Origin: Escherichia phage vB_EcoS-IME253
Sequence record: NC_047810.1
Length of the DNA: 46,717 bases
Direction: 5' to 3' (one strand)
Part shown: piece by piece, positions 35,885 to 44,258 of the stretch
Numbering within the stretch: the stretch's first letter is position 1
Layout of the letters: every line of letters begins with the position of its first letter
Notes under the pieces: model-generated
The model's database searches: none
Seen by the model: the letters and a program-made list of their open reading frames with translations, nothing else
Told to the model about the DNA's origin: nothing
Made by a program: the position numbers and the translations under genes

Positions 35885-36026
35885 CTTATACCGCCTTGTT
35901 TTCGATTTGCATTACGCTATTAACTGACATCATAACATTCCGATTCTGCTGCTGAGTAGTGGTTACTACATGCTGCATTTTATTGCAGTCACTTTAAATG
36001 ACCACATCTTATTGTGGTCATTAGTG

Positions 36027-36716
36027 CTACTTATCTTTAAGTAGCAACTTGATATCAATTCCTAGATTATTCTCAATCAATCCAGTCAGTGCACCTACCT
36101 TTTCCTTAAGTGCGAAGCACTGTGTTTCATACTTGAATCTCAACTCCATCTCATCAGAGCGACTTGACCAGCACTGCCGAGCCTCGCACGCTAGCTCATC
36201 AATCTTCTTGTCAAGTTCCTTATCTGACAGGGTGATTTCAGTAATTCGCTGCTCAGCTACGATTCTCTGGATCAAGTGAGCATTCTGCGCTTGCAGGTAT
36301 CCATTCTTCATTCTTTCCTCTTTAAGTTCATCAATGCTTACCATCTGACTGATTACTTCCGCTTGCTTGTTGATGGTGCTTTGCATTTCTTTAAGCTTAG
36401 CAAGCACTGCGCGACGAACGAACTTTGATTCTCTCATCCCAATCAAAAGCATCTGTTCCATATTGAGCACTGGTGAGTTGATTGACTTTCTATAACCTCC
36501 TCTACCCTCACTCTTGATTACGAAACTTTCGTAGTCAAACTCAAACCCTTCAAGCTCATCCTCTATTCTCTCAACAAAGTCATTGTGTCGAACATTGGAC
36601 TCCCCAGCGATCAACCTCGCTGGGTTGATAACTTCATTTAAAAACTGATAACTATTCATTTTTACGTCTTCATTAAGTAATGCTAAGTTCATTTTCGTCT
36701 CTCTTTTGTTTTTCAT
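36027..36716 (-). CDS. putative regulatory protein (antirepressor-like N-terminal domain, coiled-coil C-terminus); start may be 36692
   Basis: First minus-strand gene downstream of reverse-oriented element 36797-36840; domain call is weak. Confidence 0.4.
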   Translation of the reverse strand: MKNKRETKMNLALLNEDVKMNSYQFLNEVINPARLIAGESNVRHNDFVERIEDELEGFEFDYESFVIKSEGRGGYRKSINSPVLNMEQMLLIGMRESKFVRRAVLAKLKEMQSTINKQAEVISQMVSIDELKEERMKNGYLQAQNAHLIQRIVAEQRITEITLSDKELDKKIDELACEARQCWSSRSDEMELRFKYETQCFALKEKVGALTGLIENNLGIDIKLLLKDK

Positions 36717-36796
36717 TCCTAAGATTTGAGGAGTTAACTAAGTTCTTTTCCTCAATTTGAGGAGGAGTTGACAGCACCATTGCCGCCACGCGCCTA

Positions 36797-36840
36797 AATA
36801 TACCTAAAGATAGCCAGTTGTCTTTAGCAAATCGTGCTAT
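36797..36840 (-). promoter_or_regulatory. palindrome-plus-hexamer element (copy 12, minus orientation)
   Basis: rc atagcacgatttgctaaa at 36823-36840; rc TATATT 36797-36802 (22-nt spacer). Confidence 0.45.
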
Positions 36841-36940
36841 TTATCGACAATTTCACCATAAATCACAGTTACACGTAACCGATGTAACTCGATGTATACA
36901 ATCTCATCCGCGGGAAATGATATACGCGCTGTTACGCCAA

Positions 36941-37030
36941 TTTACGCATTGGTTACATTAAAATATCTATATATATCAACCTTTTACTCTTATTATTATT
37001 ATTATATATATTACTGTGTATATCATGTAA
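36941..37030. repeat. AT-rich 90-bp repeat, copy B
   Basis: tttacgcattggttacattaaaatatctatatatatcaacc...ttattattattattatatatat; matches copy A. Confidence 0.6.
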
Positions 37031-37327
37031 CTACTTCTATAGAGTGTTCCGGTTATAATTTTAATATCATGTGGATTTATACAGTATTGCGCGGCAGCTA
37101 TACCAATGCACCCTCAGCGAGAAACGGCATACACGATATACACGATGTTTACATTGAGCTATGGCTGGCTTGAGATGCCAAAAAGCGTAACTAGTGCCAA
37201 TGCCTACACGAAATTACAAAGATTCACGCGTAAACTTAAATCAACGATTGGCAAAACCAATTGGACTGGTTACGGTGCTGAATATATAGTTACCTCATCG
37301 AAAGCAATCAACCAGAGAGATATATAA

Positions 37328-37522
37328 ATGACCTACTACATTATCAAAGAGAAAAACAACGCACTGTTCGGCGACTGCTACTTTGGAGGAGAGGCCGGTT
37401 ACACCACGGATAAGAACGAAGCAGACAGATTCGAGACCAAAGGAGAAGCCCGCGATGTACTGACCGGTTACTTCACTGAAGAAGATTTGAAGTCTGTTAA
37501 AGTAGTTAAGGTCAAGGGGTGA
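37328..37522 (+). CDS. hypothetical protein (64 aa)
   Basis: ATG after leader tatagttacctcatcgaaagcaatcaaccagagag. Confidence 0.45.
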   Translation: MTYYIIKEKNNALFGDCYFGGEAGYTTDKNEADRFETKGEARDVLTGYFTEEDLKSVKVVKVKG

Positions 37523-37525
37523 GTT

Positions 37526-38491
37526 ATGAGCTTTAAAGTTTTTACGCGAGAGGAGCTAAGCAACGAGGCTTACCACGCTGAAACTGAACACATCTCAGGT
37601 AGCTCGCTTGTCGAGATTATCCAGGGATCACCAGCCAAGTGGAAGTTTAAGCAGCGCAACAATGATAGCAAGGCGCTTAAGTTCGGCACGCTAAGCCACA
37701 CGATGATTTTAGAGCAAGATGTATTCGAAAAAGAATACCTTCGCGCAACAGACCTTGACTCGATTGAAGGCTTAATTACAAGTCAGTCTGGATTATCATC
37801 AGCACTTAAAAAAGTTGGTGTAGCTGGCACGTCAGGTAAGGGGTATAGCGAGCTTATAGAGATGATGTATCGATCTGGTGAGGATTGGCCCGTTGGATGG
37901 TTAATTGAGCAGCAGGAGAGCGCCCAGGCGCTTGCGGATGGTAAGGAGCTAGTTAGCGCAGTAGACTATGACAAGGTTGTAGCGATGCGTGAGGTCCTCT
38001 GCAACATTCCGGCGTATAATGCGATCGTGAACAGTAAGACGGCGCAGAAAGAGTTATCGATCTTCGGTGAGATTCTAGGAGTCGGCGTTAAGATTCGAAT
38101 TGACCACGTTGATGTTGTTGATGGAGCAGTTCGGATCACAGATTACAAAACGACAGCAGACGCAAGCCCGGAAGGATTCGGTAAGTCAGCATTCAACCAC
38201 GGATACCTTGCAAAAATGGCACTTCAGCGTGATCTGTTTGTGAAAGCATTCAACGAGAAGCGCAAGGTTGTTGTGGGGTTGCTGGCACAGGAGAAGGTGG
38301 AGCCATACTTACCAATGCTGTACACCCTAACTGACGAACAGCTTCGCATTGGTCGTCTCCAGTATCTTGAGGCACTTGCCACTTACAAGAAGTGCAAGGA
38401 GCTAGATATCTGGCCTGGGTACTCGAACGGCATAACAGAGCAAGAACTACTAGTCCCTGAGTGGGCTCTAAAGCAATACAAAGAAATCTAA
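37526..38491 (+). CDS. PD-(D/E)XK family exonuclease (recombination exonuclease)
   Basis: IRIDHVD...ITDYKT nuclease-type motif; strong RBS aaggggtg; upstream of annealing protein gene. Confidence 0.55.
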   Translation: MSFKVFTREELSNEAYHAETEHISGSSLVEIIQGSPAKWKFKQRNNDSKALKFGTLSHTMILEQDVFEKEYLRATDLDSIEGLITSQSGLSSALKKVGVAGTSGKGYSELIEMMYRSGEDWPVGWLIEQQESAQALADGKELVSAVDYDKVVAMREVLCNIPAYNAIVNSKTAQKELSIFGEILGVGVKIRIDHVDVVDGAVRITDYKTTADASPEGFGKSAFNHGYLAKMALQRDLFVKAFNEKRKVVVGLLAQEKVEPYLPMLYTLTDEQLRIGRLQYLEALATYKKCKELDIWPGYSNGITEQELLVPEWALKQYKEI

Positions 38492-38535
38492 ACAGCACGA
38501 ATTGCTAAAACAAAACGGGATGACTTAGGTATAGT
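38492..38535 (+). promoter_or_regulatory. palindrome-plus-hexamer element (copy 13, variant)
   Basis: acagcacgaattgctaaa after TAA of exonuclease gene; TATAGT 38530-38535; next ATG 38565. Confidence 0.45.
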
Positions 38536-38564
38536 TATCCAATCAACAACGAACGAGGTTAAAG

Positions 38565-39215
38565 ATGCAAATTTCAGAATTATGCAAATCAATTTTAAAA
38601 GCGCTTCACACTGCTAAATCGCTATTTGCGAAGGCTGAAAAGTCTAAGCAGAACTCTCACTTAAAGAATAAATACGCTACCTTAGAAGACGTTTTGGCGG
38701 CTGTTGAGCCTGGTTTATATGAGTGTGGTTTGGTGATGTTCCAGAGTGTGATTGATGACGAACAAACAAATCGCATGAAGGTCGAGACAAAGCTGTTTCA
38801 TGTTGAATCTGGAGAGTGGGTAAGCTTCTTAATGATAGTCCCAATCAGCAAGAATGATGCACAAGGTTACGGATCAGCTTTAACATACGCTCGTCGCTAC
38901 GGTATCACAGCTGCCTTGGGTCTTAGCCAGGCTGATGATGACGGAAATCTTGCAGCCAAAGGCGTTAAGGATTTCAAGCGAGAGCTAGAGAAATGCAATA
39001 CTCTTGATGAACTTCGTAACGTCTGGAAAGAGGCTAAGCAGTCACTTGATGCGGCTGGATGGAAGGTTTTTGAACCTCACATTATCGAGCGCAAGGCAGA
39101 GATTGAGGCAAATGCGATGACTGGCTTCAACCCAGCAACACCAAAGAAAGTTGCAGAAAAAAGTAGTCCTGAAGAAAAGATTAAAGTAGAATCACAACAA
39201 ATCGACACATTCTAA
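38565..39215 (+). CDS. single-strand annealing protein (Erf-like, putative)
   Basis: 216 aa, TYARRYGI-type motif, position between exonuclease and SSB. Confidence 0.45.
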   Translation: MQISELCKSILKALHTAKSLFAKAEKSKQNSHLKNKYATLEDVLAAVEPGLYECGLVMFQSVIDDEQTNRMKVETKLFHVESGEWVSFLMIVPISKNDAQGYGSALTYARRYGITAALGLSQADDDGNLAAKGVKDFKRELEKCNTLDELRNVWKEAKQSLDAAGWKVFEPHIIERKAEIEANAMTGFNPATPKKVAEKSSPEEKIKVESQQIDTF

Positions 39216-39258
39216 ATTTAACGGGGCTGCGGCCCCAACAAACATAGAGAGATAAAGC

Positions 39259-39681
<423 letters not shown>

Positions 39682-39686
39682 AGATA

Positions 39687-39710
39687 AGGCCCCTTTCGGG
39701 GCCTTTTTTA
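39687..39710. terminator. terminator between convergent SSB and tailspike genes
   Basis: hairpin aggcccc-tttc-ggggcct followed by T6. Confidence 0.6.
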
Positions 39711-42614
39711 TTAAATCAATTTAACAGATCTTAACTGATTACCAGAAGTTGTAGATATTGTTGTTGAACTAACTAACGTCCCAGACAATGCAAACGAAAT
39801 AGCTCCAGTCGATGAGGTTCCAGTAGCAAACCTTTGAGGTGAATCGCTTATAACACTTATCTTATTTGCTGTAAAAGTATTAGTGCCAGAAAAACCAGTA
39901 GTTACAACCAAATCCTGATTGAGTCTAAATCCAAATCCAACAGTAACAGAGGTTGACTCTTTCACAGGAATGTTAAGCCCATTTAGACGCACACCTGAGA
40001 TATCAAAGAAATCACAAGAAGAAAGAAGCGCCATTCTTGAAATGCCTGTTGTTATTGGTAGCGTACTCTGAGACTGTCCATTGAAGTTACATACAAATCT
40101 TGTGTTAATGAAACTAATATCATGATCAACAGAGCCATCAACCGGAGAGGTCGTACCAGATGTTGACTTAACAATACCGCCAACAAATTTTATTGCCACA
40201 GGTCCATTTGGGTCTGAACCATAGTAAGCTCTAAGCCTTTCAACATTACAATTAACCATGTAATAGCTCCCCCTCTGGTTTGTCTCAAATATAGGGTATC
40301 TCGAGCTTCCGACAGGTGAAGAGAGATCATATATAGAAACGTTAGGGTTATGAAGACTGTTAGCACCCATGAAAACGATATTATTTGATAAAATCCCCTT
40401 TATACTTATGTTGGTAGTAAACCTTCCAGTCAATGAGCTTTCAGAATTTGTCATGTCCGAGAATGGCCCCTTAAACCTTGAAAAATCAATAGTAAGTCCC
40501 AAGCTAGCAGATGAAGGGAAAGCCGACATGTTAACATCTGATATTGAAACGTCAGAAGGGAAAAGCAGCGCACCATCTCTACTTGAGTAGAATAAATTAC
40601 CAGGATGAGAACTGTAGTTTCCTGACTTGAAGTTAAGGCCCTTAATCCTAACTGAGTTAAACAGAGTGCTCTTTATTGGTGAGCCAGCTACAGGTCCATT
40701 TCCTTCATAAGAAATTCCATTTATCAAACCCGTCCCGGTCAGGCTAGTACTTCTTGTGCCTGTAAAAGTAATGTTATCCATGTAAAGGTTTCCGTCAAAG
40801 AAACCTCCAGCGTCCGCCCTTGTTGTTATGATATTCCCATTCGTATATCTAGACGCATTAAATGCACTATCCCTTATATGCAAATCGCCAAGACCAGTAA
40901 CAACAACACCACGGGCACCGATATTGCAGTTTTCAATCTTGAGGTAGTTATGAAAAGGCATGTGAAAGTCAATTCTACTTAGATCACAATTTTCAAAAGT
41001 TACGTTTGCGCAGTTGTTACTACCATTTGCGCCCCATCCTTTACCGTTAACCCTTGCGTTCATAATCCTTACGTTCATTGATTCACCTATTGATAAGGCG
41101 TATGAGTAAAGCTCACCAGAAGAATCTCTTGCGTCTGCAACAGACTCGGCAAAAAGACCATCAACTGTGATATCATATGAGTTAGCTATTGCCAACCTTG
41201 TATCGCTAAACACTTGCGTTATCGGCTTGTTAATAAAGGAAATATCTTTTATTAACAACCTTGTAGAATTATTAACATAAACTATCTGATACCGTGTCGA
41301 AAGACTTTCATCTATAGTTAAACCCTTGATTTCCTGAGTTGTCTTGTTTATCTTCAAGGCTCTAACTGATGTAACATTATTTCCAAGATCATACTTCAGT
41401 GAGTTCTCCAGATAACCCCTATTGTAAACCCTATTGAGTTCAATTCTTTTCTGAACAGAATCCCTATATGTGTACATGTCCTGATTTGTATAAAAAACAA
41501 TAAAACAACCATCAAGGTCACGATTTTCAGATATAGAGTCGAACAAATTACTTCCAGCAGCTCTTGATTCATTAGACATGGAGTTAAAAGATGAAACAAC
41601 AGATGACGAAGCGTCATAAGTTGTAGGTTGCCCGTTGGTTATAGTTATCTGCCCGGTCCATGAGGATGATGGTTTTATAACAGAGCCTGTAAAATCAGCA
41701 CTCAATGAACCAATATCAATATAATCGGAACCAGAAACAAGAAAAACACCATCATTCTGCTTTATCTTTAGATTTTTGGATTTTGCGTAGTTTATCGCTC
41801 GATTTATACCTGAAATATCATTAGTAATACCATCACCAACACAACCAAAATCATAGAAACTAACATAACCTTTAGATCCTAGTTCAGACCACGAAGAATC
41901 ACCAATCCCACCAGAAGAATATGGTGTCGAGTTTTCCGGGACTGTCTTAGGTAGATCTCCCATCCATACGTATGACTTTGGCTTACCGGAGTCAAGCCAT
42001 ATCATTTGTTGATTTCTTGACTCTATTACACCTCCGGACTCAAATGATGAAATTAAGGCACCAGATAATGAAATTAAGGCACCAGATAATGATTCCGCAT
42101 AACCCCGTGCAGCTTGTTCTGATGACATTGCTAATCCAGCACTCGCTGCAGCAGAAGCCATATCACCTGCTACCTGGGCAGCATTCTGCGCAACCTGTGA
42201 TGACATGTTTACAACATCGCCATACTGATTGTTAACCTGTGTTACTTTAGATTCAAAATCATTAAAGTCAAAGTTGTTAAATGCATCAACTGCATCAGCA
42301 ACCTCAGTTTCACGTGACTGATAGTAACGAAGAGTCTCAGCAACATCTTGAGCTAATCCCTGAACGGTAATCCCATCATGAGCAAGAATAGCGTAACCAG
42401 TTCCAGCAGGAACAGTTTCAGAATTAGGGTTATAAACATTAATCTGCGTATCGCTGATGATCTCAGAGATGGTGTAAATTTTTACTGGCTCAGTTTTAAA
42501 TACAATGGTGGCACCTACGCGAATCAGTGTAAGCGGTGCTTTCCATGTTGTCCCGACACCAGTCACCTCGCCGTTTGCAGCTAATGATGCGGTTCCCAAG
42601 TCATAAATTGCCAT
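39711..42614 (-). CDS. tailspike / lateral tail fibre protein (beta-helix type, putative)
   Basis: About 970 aa, Ser/Thr/Asn/Gly-rich; N-terminal MAIYDLGTASLAANGEVTGVGTTW resembles conserved tail-fibre anchor domains; ATG 42614 inferred. Confidence 0.6.
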   Translation of the reverse strand: MAIYDLGTASLAANGEVTGVGTTWKAPLTLIRVGATIVFKTEPVKIYTISEIISDTQINVYNPNSETVPAGTGYAILAHDGITVQGLAQDVAETLRYYQSRETEVADAVDAFNNFDFNDFESKVTQVNNQYGDVVNMSSQVAQNAAQVAGDMASAAASAGLAMSSEQAARGYAESLSGALISLSGALISSFESGGVIESRNQQMIWLDSGKPKSYVWMGDLPKTVPENSTPYSSGGIGDSSWSELGSKGYVSFYDFGCVGDGITNDISGINRAINYAKSKNLKIKQNDGVFLVSGSDYIDIGSLSADFTGSVIKPSSSWTGQITITNGQPTTYDASSSVVSSFNSMSNESRAAGSNLFDSISENRDLDGCFIVFYTNQDMYTYRDSVQKRIELNRVYNRGYLENSLKYDLGNNVTSVRALKINKTTQEIKGLTIDESLSTRYQIVYVNNSTRLLIKDISFINKPITQVFSDTRLAIANSYDITVDGLFAESVADARDSSGELYSYALSIGESMNVRIMNARVNGKGWGANGSNNCANVTFENCDLSRIDFHMPFHNYLKIENCNIGARGVVVTGLGDLHIRDSAFNASRYTNGNIITTRADAGGFFDGNLYMDNITFTGTRSTSLTGTGLINGISYEGNGPVAGSPIKSTLFNSVRIKGLNFKSGNYSSHPGNLFYSSRDGALLFPSDVSISDVNMSAFPSSASLGLTIDFSRFKGPFSDMTNSESSLTGRFTTNISIKGILSNNIVFMGANSLHNPNVSIYDLSSPVGSSRYPIFETNQRGSYYMVNCNVERLRAYYGSDPNGPVAIKFVGGIVKSTSGTTSPVDGSVDHDISFINTRFVCNFNGQSQSTLPITTGISRMALLSSCDFFDISGVRLNGLNIPVKESTSVTVGFGFRLNQDLVVTTGFSGTNTFTANKISVISDSPQRFATGTSSTGAISFALSGTLVSSTTISTTSGNQLRSVKLI
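42047..42088 (-). repeat. perfect 21-bp tandem duplication inside tailspike gene
   Basis: atgaaattaaggcaccagata x2 on plus strand, encoding SLSGALI-SLSGALI in frame. Confidence 0.8.
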
Positions 42615-42637
42615 TGTGTAAAGTCTCCATTTGTAAA

Positions 42638-42655
42638 ATAGCACGAATTGCTAAG
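42638..42655 (+). promoter_or_regulatory. solo palindrome copy (no -10-like hexamer at expected spacing); candidate operator
   Basis: atagcacgaattgctaag about 30 bp upstream of the tailspike start codon (minus strand); expected hexamer position reads GGCATA. Confidence 0.35.
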
Positions 42656-42680
42656 TTGGATTGTAGCATCTTTCAGGCAT

Positions 42681-42702
42681 AAAAAAACCTCCCGAGGGAG
42701 GT
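42681..42702 (-). terminator. rho-independent terminator for primase gene (minus strand)
   Basis: A7 then hairpin cctccc-gag-ggagg on plus strand, i.e. hairpin plus T7 on minus. Confidence 0.55.
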
Positions 42703-43625
42703 TAGTTTAGCAAGTCTTTGGCTTTGTACACTTTCTTGCGTATTCCTGTTTTGAATGACTTCCCGTCATTAGGTATTACCACATCAACATTGCGATCATC
42801 AGCAACAGCGAGAATATCGATATCGCAATCGCGACAAGCAACTCTAAACTTTCGTGATTTGTCGCGGTGCATAACCATCTCCATGTTGTAACAGGAGAAA
42901 GCAACAAAAACCTCACGACACCCAGTAGCAATGTGAACACGTACGCCATCAATAAAATTATCAACAACATAAGTGTAGCCATCAACCTGCCTAGAACCAA
43001 TGACAGCAACAGAATCACGAGTGTAATCACCAGCTAGGAATTTAACATTTGAATCTCCATCAATAAACATTAAGTTGCAGAACTCATCACCAAGACCATC
43101 CTCGTAAACCATCGAGCATGGTACGGCATGAATCATTGAGCCATCCTTAGCTATGCCAACATCGAATCCATCATCAAGATAAATACCTTCATATGTTGTG
43201 AGTGGGCTTGATTCAACTCTTACAGTCCGATCCATGACTTCAAGAACTTTTTCATGATCTACCTGTGCGCCCATTTTGTAACGCTGAGTCCTTGATGCTT
43301 GCTTATTTGCCTTATTAACCACCTCTACAGGGATAAGGTTTAACCACTCAACGAGAACATCTATACATTCACTGAATGACTCCCCCCTCATCTTTTGTAA
43401 CCACAGAATTCCATCGCCTGAGCCACACTGGTTGCAGATAATGCCGCCATCACCTTCTTCGCTAACCTTGTTAGTCCATCGTGCTCGGTCGTTTCCTCCA
43501 CAATAAATACATGGCTGATGCTTTTTGGTCTGGAAGAATTTTGGGTCTGCGCCGCAGATATTGATAAGTGCCTTATCCCACAGGCCGCGCATTCTTGGTA
43601 AAACCTCTTTCTTATCGTAGTGCAT
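42702..43625 (-). CDS. DNA primase-like protein (zinc-binding N-terminus)
   Basis: CIYCGG...CNQCG cysteine pairs near N-terminus; adjacent to helicase module. Confidence 0.4.
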   Translation of the reverse strand: MHYDKKEVLPRMRGLWDKALINICGADPKFFQTKKHQPCIYCGGNDRARWTNKVSEEGDGGIICNQCGSGDGILWLQKMRGESFSECIDVLVEWLNLIPVEVVNKANKQASRTQRYKMGAQVDHEKVLEVMDRTVRVESSPLTTYEGIYLDDGFDVGIAKDGSMIHAVPCSMVYEDGLGDEFCNLMFIDGDSNVKFLAGDYTRDSVAVIGSRQVDGYTYVVDNFIDGVRVHIATGCREVFVAFSCYNMEMVMHRDKSRKFRVACRDCDIDILAVADDRNVDVVIPNDGKSFKTGIRKKVYKAKDLLN

Positions 43626-43683
43626 ATCAATCTATCTCTGAACAAATAAAAAAGGATGCACCGATTATGGCACATCCAATTCC

Positions 43684-44157
43684 TTACTCTTTAGCTTTTC
43701 GTGCTGCCTCATTAGCGGCCTTGATCTTTCTCCATGAACGACACTCTGGTTTGGTTGCTAACTCGGACTCAGTAACCACACGCAGCATGTGACGCTTCTT
43801 GCACCGTAATGTCAGCGGCTTTCCGTTGCCGTCGAATTGCAGGTCTGGTCGGCAGAATGTAGCGCGAAAACCTTCTCCATTTCGTTTGTAGTAGTTGTGC
43901 GATAGCTGAGCACCACGTGCAGAAATCATACCACGCTTAAACCATTCCTCTACAGCCTGTGGTGTTACCTTTAACTGCTTTGCGATATTCGCCTTTGTGC
44001 CGAAGAAATCAAGAACAATCTCCAGTCGCGCGCGCAACCCTGCCCTTACTTCATCTTTCAAAACGTAGTAACCTGAAGGTCGTTTTCGTTGTTTTTTGTC
44101 TTCAGTGCGGACAGTTCCGTTATTACCGTTGATTGTTCTCTTGTCGACTGTATTCAT
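43684..44157 (-). CDS. HTH DNA-binding protein (putative transcriptional regulator)
   Basis: Basic N-terminus and HTH-like IAKQLKVTPQAVEEWFKRG; sits in divergent region. Confidence 0.4.
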   Translation of the reverse strand: MNTVDKRTINGNNGTVRTEDKKQRKRPSGYYVLKDEVRAGLRARLEIVLDFFGTKANIAKQLKVTPQAVEEWFKRGMISARGAQLSHNYYKRNGEGFRATFCRPDLQFDGNGKPLTLRCKKRHMLRVVTESELATKPECRSWRKIKAANEAARKAKE

Positions 44158-44169
44158 TTCATTACCTCA

Positions 44170-44213
44170 ATAGCATTTTTTGTTAAAAGTCATTCTGATT
44201 TGATGGTAGTATT
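44170..44213 (+). promoter_or_regulatory. palindrome-plus-hexamer element (copy 15, variant)
   Basis: atagcattttttgttaaaa; TAGTAT 44207-44212 (21-nt spacer); upstream of helicase ATG 44259 in divergent region. Confidence 0.4.
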
Positions 44214-44258
44214 GTACTCAATTAAACGCTACAAGACAATTTTTATAGGAATTTAGAT

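Noticed and set aside
36768-36800. TTGACA at 36768-36773 as a plus-strand promoter
   Set aside because: No acceptable -10 hexamer at 16-19 nt and no plus-strand gene follows for more than 500 bp.
36892-37327. ORF-track entries 36892..37173 and 37106..37327
   Set aside because: Same situation as region A: translation of the AT-rich repeat copy B (YSYYYYYIY) and of the leader carrying the hexamer and conserved leader; treated as non-coding.
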